A stretch of 48,716 nt of DNA from Coniocarpon cinnabarinum (taxonomy: Eukaryota). Position 1 is the stretch's first letter. Each line of letters opens with the position of its first letter. A program made the position numbers and the translations under genes. The notes under the pieces were generated by a model. The model had not been told where the DNA came from, did no database searches, and saw nothing but the letters and a program-made list of their open reading frames with translations. The DNA lies in contig JAVECO010000067.1 in the NCBI GenBank assembly GCA_051942205.1, positions 62,001 through 110,716 on the forward strand. Reading direction: 5' to 3'. Shown in pieces: positions 1 to 10,564 of the stretch.

Positions 1-547
1 TGTCGGGCCCCTTGGTGGCGGTGAGCCCAAAGGCGTCCGCTGGAAGAGAACGCATGGGTTTTCATTCGCTTCGGAGGAGGCTGTAGATGGTTACTTCAAA
101 GCATGGGTAAGTGGAATCAGCCTGAAACCTTCCATTAATCCGGCTTGAATTGGCCGAAAGACTCTCCCCGCCGCATGGAAACCGTCCAAGCACCGACTGC
201 GGTCCCAGTCCCGCCCTGATCCAGATACAGATCTGGTCCTTGTCCACCTTGATCTAGCGCCACGAAACTTCATATGGATGAAATATGGCTCGCTTTGTCT
301 ACTAGGTCGGGAAAGTGCTGGCGTCTACCCACGGTTCTTTGAACAGAAAGACTTGGCCCTCACGGGCTTTACTGACCTTCATTTCAAACATGTTATCACA
401 TATTTCCTAGAATTAAGTCATGACGATCAGGAAGAGAGCAAGATTGTTGGCGCTACATGTGACACCAGCTTGAGATGCAAAAAGTATGATCTGCCTAGCT
501 TGAATCTTGAAGAAGTTACCGAGGTGAAGGTCAAGCCTTTGCCCTGA
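1..547 (+). pseudogene. 3' part of an APH/choline-kinase-like phosphotransferase gene, probably catalytically dead or decaying; the 5' end lies outside the window
   Basis: Frame 2 reads VGPLGGGEPKGVRW...GYFKAW, then a GTAAGT donor at 107 (the intron contains an in-frame TGA; in-frame AAG acceptors at 160 or 190), then DLVLVHLDLAPRNFIWMKYGSLCLLGRESAGVYPRFFE. The HxDLxxxN catalytic loop and AGxYPxFFE are typical of fungal APH-like kinases, but the expected DWE motif reads GRE (305-313). The 3' end is uncertain. Confidence 0.65.
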
Positions 548-1464
548 GTGAGCTAAAGCGCCGCCAGTGGCTATTTCTCACGACCTCGACGATTAAAGAC
601 GCAAGAGCTGATCGGCTCGTATTAATCTCTGCGCGCTATTTTGACTGGCCTCTTAATGTGATTGTTTTCGAAGCTCCGAGACGTCAACTAGTATGACACA
701 ATTTGCACGTTGGTATCCAAGTGAGCCTGCTTCGAGGCTCGAGATATGACTGCGAGAAGAATTTTCACAGGACAAATCCGTATCAGTTCCTTTGTCATCA
801 AACATTATTGGAGGCGCGATACATGCGGAAGTGAATCAATTCATCATCATGATATATTTTCACGAGCCTTTTGCCCCAAGCAATGGGACACTGGCAGCAA
901 ACTTGCTCGCAACCCACCACTGCATATGTTGCTTATACCTCAAATTTTCAATACTCTGCATCTTACCGCAATTATCAATGAAAGATGTGCCTCGCTAGCT
1001 CGCTCTGCGAGCATCTTTGCACCTTCACTTCTTCTATGCTTTAACAGGGGCAACCAATGTCATAGCAGAGCTTTGAAAGTCTTGGTCGACCACTTACGCG
1101 CAATCCAGTCGCACTCACACTGAGTCAGCGCCTTTGCTGCTTTGATACATCACATCATTCTGTCACGTCGGGGCTTGCTGACAGCCAGTTTAAGGTCTTA
1201 GTCTTCCTATTCTTACGCTCGAACGCGTAATCAAACTCTGTGTCTTCCTATATGAGCCCCTTGTAGTTGTTACTTTGCTGCCCAGAAGAGTGCTTGTGTG
1301 GCATGTGGCTACTACAATTTCATGCCTGAGTCTTAAGGTTTCAGCTCTTTTATTTCATTTCGGATTTGAGACCTGGGTACAGCTTTCGCACATCAAGGTC
1401 AATGCGTCAAGCCTATCGAAGAGAGTAGGGACACGTAAAATCCTAAAAGTCCTTGATATCTGCT

Positions 1465-2777
1465 TCATATTCGCTCCAGCCGGCGGCTCCAGTCCTTATT
1501 ATACAACCCGTACTCCGTGGTACCTCTTAGCCCACCCACTTCGCACTCCTGAGCCGTCTGAGAAATCAACCCGTGGGGTGCGTCACGCAGACGCGGAAAC
1601 ACTCCAAGGCAATTGTTACGACCAATGTCGATGGTGTCCTTGATGCTAAGTGGAGCGTATTCGTCAAACCACAGGCATCCATTGGGAATACTTTCAAACG
1701 GATAGTCAACCGAGAACATGATGGAATGCGGTCCGATCTCCGTCATCGCGCACACCAATGCTGCCGAAGAGAAGTGGCCACTAGTGGTGATGAACACCTG
1801 GCTGCCGAAATAGTCCCTGATTAGTCGGTCTTTCCGCATCGGCATGTTTGGGAAACGGGCCCGGTTGAGCTTATGGTCAATGCGATATAGATCGTATGGA
1901 CTTTGGTCTGTCAGCATATCACACTTCGATGTAACTTCATTCGAGACAAACATGTGCTCGCCCATATGACCGACTACCAGCTTAAGGTTCGCGAAGCGGT
2001 CAAGCACGCCCGACGTGATTATACCCAACAAATGCATATTGACACGATTTGCGTAGCCGAGCGCTGAAAAATTCAGCCACTAACGTATTCGTAATTTGTC
2101 AGCACAGGTGAGATGCAGCATGTCCGGTGGCCTTTGATGTGGTTGTGAGTGAATATGCTGGTGACTTACCGGTCTGCCTTTCCACATCTGGTCCGAGATT
2201 AATGGCGTTGACGACCGAGGGTGGATGTAAACAGGTGCGCGCAGCTCGTCTGCGACTTTCCAGAATGCATCGTATTTCGGATCGTCATCTACGTGGCGGT
2301 CAGAACCTATTAAGCAATAATAACGATTTTCACACTCTGCTTACAGAACAGCATCGCGTTCCCATCGTCCCCGCTGCTTTGGAAGTCATTCAACATCACG
2401 CCGACAAACCCCTTGCGCTGGGTGAAGCAACGTCTCAATTCCTCGCCAGCCTGGACTGGATCATGCATGCTAAGGCTGACCATGGCTGAGAAACGATGCG
2501 GATTCTTCATCACCTCTTCCTCTATGCGCTCGTTTGCTCTGCTTGCAAGCGCCTCTGCAGCGGCTTGGTCCTTCTCTCCTTGGGCGCCAGGCGATACAAA
2601 AGAGAGCACAAAATGGTCGACCCCATTTTCATCCATTTGCTGAAGACGCTGGCCATGGACGTCGATCAAGTTGCCGTTGAGATCATTGCCGATCACGCTT
2701 TTCTGACTCACCGGAATTGCATTGAAGTCAGCATCTGCGAACATCCAGCACTCTTCCAGAGCTATCTTTCCGAGCAT
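1465..2777 (-). CDS. Amidohydrolase-superfamily non-oxidative aromatic acid decarboxylase (2,3-dihydroxybenzoate/gamma-resorcylate decarboxylase-like), ~371 aa
   Basis: Exons 2777-2345, 2288-2170, 2079-1952 and 1900-1465 (three GT-AG introns, 1116 nt, in frame). Motifs MLGKIALEE, LSMHDP..AGEELRRC, MLFYDDPKYDAFW, VYIHPR, GHMGEHIPYDLYRID, FITTSGHFS and MFSVDYPFE match fungal 2,3-DHBD-like enzymes. Confidence 0.9.
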
Positions 2778-3174
2778 TTTCGAATGTGTTAAAGGTCCTA
2801 CTGACACCTATCTGTAGATCATTTGAAACCAGCTCAACAACGCTGCAAGACGTGCACACAGGAGAGCTGACTGAGCTCGATGTTTATTACACAATGCAGT
2901 CGTTCTCTACCCCATCGAAAGATTTGGTGGGTTCAAGTAGCCAGTTCGCGACCACTTGCTACCGAGGATCTGCGAAGCTAATGTCGGTAACTCGTCCGGA
3001 GAGCGCGGCATGACTCAGCTCTGGCTTTGACGAATCTGCAGAAGAGTCTCTTCGTTACTGCTACTATTGAAGGTGCAGCTTGCACTACTTACTGCTCACG
3101 AACTGAACACACGTCTAGCAGGACAGCTGTACACAGATGATGCAGAGCGAGCAGACCCTGACATAGCATCTATG

Positions 3175-4170
3175 TCAGATAGAGAAGCCAGCGGGTCTCA
3201 CAGGAGCGAATAGCTCCTCTACAGCAACTGTCCGTTCAATCATTCCTTGCTCGTGCAAATACTGTACGAGAGATTCCAGGGTTCTGCGGTTTGAACCCAC
3301 TCCATAAGGCCAGCAATCGTCGCCAAAGACTTCCTGGATCTCATCTAGGTCCGCAGACAGCCATGGCAACATGTAACGCAATGCTCCTGTAAAGTTCATT
3401 CGACGGCGTGCTATCTCCTTCGACTCGTCGAAAGCTTCGTACAGGCTTGACGCGATCCATCTATGCTGCTCACAGAGCTCACGTCGAATGGCGATCAGGT
3501 GCATGATCGGAAATACACCGGTTCTTTGAAAGTAGGACTTTTCTTCGTTACGGAAATCGGGAAACAGACGCTGCACATGCGACGCCTTGCCCAAGCACGT
3601 CGGCGGATCGGCGCCAATCGTGGCCGCAATCTCTCCGTCTGCTAGCAGATCACTCAATGACTTCTCAGCATTGTTATTGCGAGTGATGTTGACTGGTCGC
3701 AAAGTTGGTAAGGCGCTTGGTTTCCCATGAGCGCCAGGTCCTTCCATCTTACCCTCTATCCACTCGACGCTGTCGAGATTTACCCCATACTCATGTTGCA
3801 GTATGCCACGCTGCCAGACAGCAGCTGTCATTGTGTATAGCTGGACGCCGATCTTTTTACCATTAAGATCACTAGGCTTCTTCACTAAGTTTGTGTTGAC
3901 TGCAATGAAGCTGTGTCGGAAGGCGCGCGAAGGAAAGACGGGTATGGCAACAAAGGTTTTGTCACCCGCGACGAACCGAGTGATATACTCCGAAGACGAC
4001 AGCTCGGAAAGATCAAACTCTTGGTCGCCGACCATCCGATCAAACACATCTCTCGGATGCGTAATGTCAAGGAAGTTCAGGTCAATGCCTTTCGGTCGTA
4101 TCTCCCCAGTCGCCAGCGGAACCATTCGGTCGTATAGACCGCTGGCGAAGGTAAGATGAAGTGGTGCCAT
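3175..4170 (-). CDS. 4,5-dihydroxyphthalate decarboxylase-like protein (bacterial PhtD/OphC-type family), 331 aa, intronless
   Basis: Single uninterrupted ORF. Motifs LTFASGLYDRMVPLATGEIRPKGIDL, EFDLSELSSSEY, AIPVFPSRAFRHS, YTMTAAVWQRGIL, YFQRTGVFPIMHLIAIR and DCWPYGVGSNRRTLE are characteristic of this mostly bacterial family. The true substrate is unproven. Confidence 0.85.
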   Translation of the reverse strand: MAPLHLTFASGLYDRMVPLATGEIRPKGIDLNFLDITHPRDVFDRMVGDQEFDLSELSSSEYITRFVAGDKTFVAIPVFPSRAFRHSFIAVNTNLVKKPSDLNGKKIGVQLYTMTAAVWQRGILQHEYGVNLDSVEWIEGKMEGPGAHGKPSALPTLRPVNITRNNNAEKSLSDLLADGEIAATIGADPPTCLGKASHVQRLFPDFRNEEKSYFQRTGVFPIMHLIAIRRELCEQHRWIASSLYEAFDESKEIARRRMNFTGALRYMLPWLSADLDEIQEVFGDDCWPYGVGSNRRTLESLVQYLHEQGMIERTVAVEELFAPVRPAGFSI

Positions 4171-5028
4171 CTTGTTTGGAGATGGTCAGAGCCGGTGTGG
4201 CAAGGCTTTGCGCTGTCAAATCTCTGCGGATCATTTACTCAATAACGGCCTCAGACCGGGTAAATGCAGCAATAAGGCTGCATATAATGCTTCTGCTGTG
4301 AATGGCAAATGTTTCACATTCCAGTGAGTATAGTAGGACGCTTGTCTCAGCATTCTGCAGTCTCGCGCATTTCTGTCATTCTCAATCTGCAGCAGAGAGC
4401 TATCAAACGACGCGATAAGCCTTGGTCACGTCTGCTAACCTCGCCCTGACCATCTGGGCACCTCGAAACCCCGGCTTGGTATTTTGAATCCGCAGAAACT
4501 CGCGAAAAGGCGACTCAAGTACTTCTGAGAGGCAGGTGGAGCGGCAACTGGAGAGCCAAGCGCAAAACTTAGGTCACAAAGTTCGAAAGCTCGGCTTTTC
4601 TATTCACAGACAGAATGACGGGCGCCGTTGCCGGCACTTTGAAGAGCCTCACGTCCCCAACCGCCGGCACAGAGGACGGCTTCCGCCCATGTTTGCCGCG
4701 GCGCTGCTTACCCAGATTGTTTGGCGCCATCTTGCCCATCATGCGGGGTCGTGCGTCTAACTCTGACTCGCGTGCTGGCACCCGTCAAACCTTTGCCCAT
4801 TGACGGCTGACAGTGTAACTAGTTTGCAGCCCGCAGCTCGAGCCAAGCTCGAAGCAGCGCAGCAGCAATGCCTTCATATTCACCTCCAGGTCGCACACGC
4901 ATGCAGCTCAGTGCAGGGGATAGAAGCTGGAATGAGACCCCGAATGTCGCCCCCACCTTTGTCTGCTTGATCTTCATGCGCCAGCTGGCTCGTTCTCAGG
5001 TCAATTGCGCGGAGACGCTGCGACCACC

Positions 5029-6924
5029 ATGATGGCCAAAACGCTTGGACAAAGCGATATTGAGCATGTTGATGCCAAGTCGTTTGGCGAAGACATTGGA
5101 GGACAGCAGTCGTTGAAGCTCGACCCTCATGGATTTCCTTTGCGACCTCAACCATCAGCTGATCCTCTGGGTGGGTAGATCTCGCGGCAGTGACTGTCAA
5201 TCACTGATGTCCTCAATCAAGATCCTCTGAACTGGAACCCATGGTTCAAGTTCTTTGTGTTGATCCAGGTCTCGTTTCTAGCTTTCCTGGGTCCATTCAC
5301 ACAAGCCTGCATTGTAAGCACACGACATTCGGCCTCTGCTGTCTGAAGCTCCATTGACACTCATTTGCATAAGAATCCAGCATACGTCCCGTCTGCCAAA
5401 GCCCTCCATATCTCGGTGAAGGAGGCATCTTATCAGACCACTGTTCCCATCCTGCTAGCCGGTGTATCGCCGATACTATGGGCGCCTCTGTCAAACATCT
5501 ATGGCCGCCGACCAATCTACATTGCAGTGACAGCTCTCGGCATCGCTGCCCTGGCTGGTACGGCGGCGGCACCTCACTGGTCAGGTATACTTACCGCACG
5601 TGCCTTCATGGGCATTGGCACATCTGCTGGAATGGGCATTGGTGCTGCGACAGTGGCTGATTTGTATTACATGCACGAGCGAGGCAGGTGAGGACATGAG
5701 CTGCGATGTGGAGTCAATTGTCCATCTAACTGACTAGTGTTTAGATACGCGGGTATATACGTGATATTGTGAGTCTTCCACAAGCACAGTATCGAAAATG
5801 TGTATGCAGGAGACTGGCAAGCTGACCAGACGCACAGCGTCACTAACGGCGCCCACATCTCCGCCGTCGTCGGCGGCTTCATCGCTAAAGATATCGGCTG
5901 GCGCTGGACCGCCTGGGTCCCCTGCGTCATCCTCGCTGCAAACTGGGTCCTCAACGTCTTCTGTCTGCCAGAGACATTGTACCACCGCCCGACCAATACC
6001 ACTAACCACATCGTGAGCAGAACCGACGCTCACGGCTCCTGGCTCCGCCTATTCAACTTCACAGCGGTACACATCCGGCGCCGGCCACGGCTCATGGACT
6101 TCCTGAGCACGTTCCGGATGCTGCAATATCCGAGTGTGGTATTGCCTGCCATTTACTACTCCGTCTCTTTCGGTTTCGGATCCGTCATGTTCGCTGTCAG
6201 TGGCGCGCCCGCTTTTTCGGAGATATATGATTTTGGCCCCTCGCAGGTGGGATTGTGTATCGGGTTGGGGACTTTTACCGGGACGTTGATAGGGGAGCTG
6301 ACGGCTGGCCCGGTGTCGGATCGGATACTGTATCTGGCGACGAAGAGGAATGGTGGGGTTCCTGTGCCCGAGGCGCGATTGCAGGGGACGTGGCCGGCGT
6401 TGCTGTTGCTACCTGCCGGTATTATTATCGAAGGTGTTTGTTTTCAGTATGAGACGCATTGGATGGGACCAGTCTGTGGAATGGCCATTGCCAATTTTGG
6501 GCTACAGATTGCGAGTACAGGCTGCTACGCTTATGTCACTGACGTGAGTCCTCATCTTTCTATCAGTCCATCAACATTTGAGGCTCCAATTCCTCTCCTA
6601 CCTACCCTTCTCTATCGCCATCTCACAGTTTCCCACGACGAATGGTGTTGAGAGACGACGCTAACGGAATGTAATCGACAGTGCTACAAACCTCAATCCT
6701 CCGAAATCTCCACCCTTCTCAACTTCGGCCGGCAGGTCTTCTCCTTCCCCCTCGGATTCTACCTCGTGCCCTTTGCCACAGCCACAACATGGGGCGTGGC
6801 GTGGGCTGTCCTGGCGATCATCAATGCCGTTACGTATTCGGGGATTATTTTGCTCATGTGGAGGGGACGGCGATGGCGGGAGATGTTGGGGAGTCCGGCG
6901 GAGGAGAAGGAGGAAGAGGAATGA
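5029..6924 (+). CDS. Major facilitator superfamily transporter (DHA1-like fungal MFS), ~506 aa
   Basis: Exons 5029-5170, 5222-5313, 5374-5687, 5745-5768, 5838-6543 and 6682-6924 (1521 nt, in frame, all GT-AG). Motifs PQPSADPLDPLNW, PLSNIYGRRPIY, ATVADLYYMHERG, WRW, LPETLY, PEARL and YVTDCYKPQS; many hydrophobic helices. Confidence 0.9.
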
Positions 6925-7743
6925 GGGCTTAGCAATGAGTGGATGGTATGAGTAGATGTTATGAATTATGTCGGTATGTGCTGTAAGAAGCATTATCATC
7001 AATGTACATCCACTGGTATTGATTTATATCTTGTAAACAAGCGAGTTGAGACTGCCTTTTGCATGGTGGGTTGAAGCTTTGCTATAGGCTATGCTAGACC
7101 AAGCCATACATAAAACGCGACCAGCACGGCTGTGTCGTCTGACTTGATTTTGGCAGGCCTGGGCCAGGCCTTGATTGAATTTCATGAGACAAGTACGAAG
7201 CGCATGGCTAAGCTGATGCATTCCAAACGTGAGGCCAAGGTTGAATCCAATGCAGGGAGCATTGAGCATGCACGAGTGTTCGACTTCCAAGTGGCATACG
7301 CGATGGCGCCGGCTCTGAGAGCTCATTCAGTACTGGTATTCCGACCTGGTACATGCTGTCACTCCACACAGCACCTTTCACGTCAGACTGAATGGCTCTA
7401 AACATCCAGGTGTGTCGGCGCAAGCCCTATCTCCCGTACATTATGTCGCATTCTACATCCCACAAGTAATGTCATCGCGGAGAGTCATTTCATTTCCAAG
7501 GATAAATGTTCTGCCGTCCACCCATGACGCGAGCAATGCTGAAGATTAAATTTAAAGAACAGTGATGTAATGATGCTAGTTGGTTGCAAAAAGCAATTGC
7601 CACTGTTTGTGGTCAATCTTGTTACGTCTTGTCTCATAGAGGAATGTCCTTCTCACAGCCCATGGCCCCGTTCATCACCAACGGTAACAGTTCTTGGCTG
7701 CCACTAAGAACTTGCTCCTCGGCTTTCGATCGCAGACTCGTTC

Positions 7744-9946
7744 TTAGGTAATGTGAGGGAAGTGAACGCTCCAGTCCGGAGTAGTGTAGATTCCAGCCGG
7801 AGAGTGAGCCAAGTTGATGAAACACTCAATGACCAGATATGCTCTTGCCAGCACGTATGCCAAACACAGTATGCCAATAGAATTAACGCAGAGAAATCCC
7901 CCAACGTGGACCACAATATAGTGTATGGGTCGTTTTTTGTCAAGATGAGCGTGCAAGCACTTCTCTAGACAATAGCCCCATGGAAGACAGCAAAGAAACC
8001 CACTCATGACCATACAAGCAGAAAAACGGCATAGCGACCGCTCCGCCGTAGAACGAAAGTTGACGTTCCAAGCTAAGACGTGGAGCCCGCCATAGATGAT
8101 TGCGGCGATACCGATTCCTGTCCATACCCCGGGATCACTCACGATGTCTGCGAAGTCTTCGCAGCGCGACGTCAGTAGCTTCAGGGCGCTGGAAAGACAG
8201 GGCGGCCCTCCATTGGACGAGTCGTCGACCTGGCCGAAGCGAATTTCATGGCAGGCTTGCCAAGCCATGATCAAGCGTCTCGCGTCGCGAGTCGTGAGAT
8301 CAAGAGAATCCGCACCGCTGCTTAGCCCTGCAGGAATAGTGCAACCAGGCTTGACACAATGTACCTTCGGGTTGAAGACGAACATTGTAGACGGCAAAGG
8401 TCTGTTGACTGCTATCCGGCTACAATCGTCATTGCAGCTGCTCGTGCCTGCATTATCAACTTGCACCTGCAGTGACGATGATTGTGATGGGTACCCATTT
8501 TGAGGAGCTTGGTTTCTGCGGAGATCGTCTGGGCTCGTAGGCGTGAAAGCGTCGCCGGGGCGTAATGATGTAGGTTTACATCGTTCAACGATTATCAAAT
8601 CAGATTCTCTCTCAGGTGGAAACCTAATGCGATACAAGACAGTTTGCAAAATGAGCGACAAGAGCGGTTCCTTTCGTGCAGCTGGTAGTTGCTGTGAAGC
8701 TCGCGTTGTGATTCGTTCCCGTATGGGCCCCCGATTACTACACATGTAGTCAAGAGCTCGCATATTCCGAAGACGCTCGTAATCGACCAAAGATGGGTGT
8801 CCTACGTCAAAAGGTCTGTGCAAGGCTGTCAGCGCGAGATCTTTGGATTTGGCGGCACTAAGACTGACTTATGCCACCAGAGAATATAGATGAACAGCGC
8901 GCATATGCAGTGCCCCATAGTGTTAAGCTCCAACAAGCTGATAGGAATGCGCTGCGCCACTGCGACTCAGTGTCAGTACGGACTTGCCAGGGAGTCGAAA
9001 TGAAAGAGCTCAGAACGTGAGGCCCTAAACCTACGACGTGTTAGGCATTGTGCAATGAACCATACGGCTTGAATGCAAGCCAATGATTTTGCAAAACTAT
9101 CTGCTCTACTTTGGGCGGCAATGTAATCCTTTGAAAGGTTTGGGAGCGCTTCCCTCCAAGAGTCATTTTCGAGACAACAGTTGATGCCATATGTGTTCAT
9201 AAAGCGCATTTCACGGTGATGATCAGGAAGAAAGCTTTCGTTGTTCAAGGTGTCAACCGGGTCTTGCAAAGCGAAGCCGCCCATCTGTGCGTAGAAACCG
9301 TGCATGATTGTCCAAGGATGGCGAGCGCTTGTCTCGGAATCTTTCTGCGACTCTAGCGTAGGTTGCTACAATCGAGAGGTCAGATCGCAGACTTGGATTC
9401 TCGCCCAAGTCAAGACTGACTCGTGGAAATTTAGCATGCAAGCGGTTCCAACATGCTCGCAATTTATCCGAAATGTTTCTCCAAGATGAATTGGAAGCTG
9501 GAAGATCGCGAAGATTATTTGCATGTTGCATGATGGAGATAGCGACCCCTCTTTGATACCTGAGAATAGGTTAGCAACGAGTTAGAGGCAAAGGCTGTGG
9601 CCCAGTCGAGTACCAAGCGGTGTATGCCACAAACTCTGGTGCCAGTAACGCTACTGCCATGTAGGTGGTTTTCCTGAGCGTGGACCGCCAATAGCTCTCG
9701 CTTGGAGGAGAAACATTGAGGTGTACAGCAGTCCACACACACAGCAAGAGAGTAACAAAGCAAGTGGTCAGGATGTCGAAGGTTCCCCTTGAGTTGCAAC
9801 TAGAAGTCCCTGGACGCATGCATCAACACCACGCTCGAGATGCACCGATTTGTAAATTATTTGCTGAATGGTACGTCCTCCGGCGACATCTCACAAAACT
9901 CACAGCCAACTAAATCGGTCCCATTGCCGAATATGAAAGAGCTCAT
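7744..9946 (-). CDS. Uncharacterised fungal multi-pass membrane protein, ~623 aa
   Basis: Exons 9946-9904, 9809-9614, 9559-9421, 9365-9035, 8959-8869 and 8815-7744 (1872 nt, in frame). Family motifs VGW...RGTFDILTTC, WTAVHLNV, LAPEFV, WTIMHGFYAQMGGF, SRADSFAKSLACIQAVWF, PISLLELNT, WWHKPFDV, YGGLHVLAWN and LARAYLVIECF...YTTPDWSVHFPHI. Confidence 0.85.
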
Positions 9947-10564
9947 TGCTAACACGTTGTTGCGAAGAACCTGACTAGAGCAAGCCGAAAAGAACGGAAT
10001 CCTTTCATCGGCTCCAGGCAACCATCACCAACTTCTTAGGAATGGCTGAATTCGCCCAGTCAAAAGGTCAACGTGTGTCTTGTTGCTGACCACCGCACTG
10101 GGCGATGAGAGGAACCCTGTGTCCGGCAGAAGTTATCATGAGGCGCAGCTGGCGTCTACGCGTACGGTCCAGTCCCGTGCTGCATATAACCTCGCCTCAG
10201 GCAAGTAAAACACATTACAGGGCGCGCCCTCGATTCAAGCGGAAGTGAAAACATGACGAGCCTGATGCTGTGCCTGTCTCCGTGACGGACGAACGCCACA
10301 CGCACACCAGATATTAAGGACGGAAGTCAACCTGGAAGGAGGTCCGGAGGGCCCACCTGATCCGGTCTACTGCACAGCCACAGTGGCTAATGCAGATCAC
10401 GTGGATGGCGATTCGCGCAGTGGTACAGGTCCGGTGCCTTTCAATGATGTGAACTGCCATTTGCGATTGAATCTGCGTCCAACGCATGGCGAGTCTGCTG
10501 ATCCTGTCAACATAATCAATTGTTGGAGCGCTCGGTCTCTCTTTGTGCCCGTCGTCTTCTCCTT

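Noticed and set aside
746..1643. Plus-strand ORFs at 746-1123, 792-998 and 1275-1643
   Set aside because: No recognisable motifs or splice-supported structure; 1275-1643 is partly antisense to the decarboxylase.
4171..5028. CGG/CCG triplets as Zn2Cys6 binding sites in the cluster's divergent promoter
   Set aside because: Several are present, but I found no consistent spacing shared with the 2778-3174 spacer, so they cannot be told from chance.
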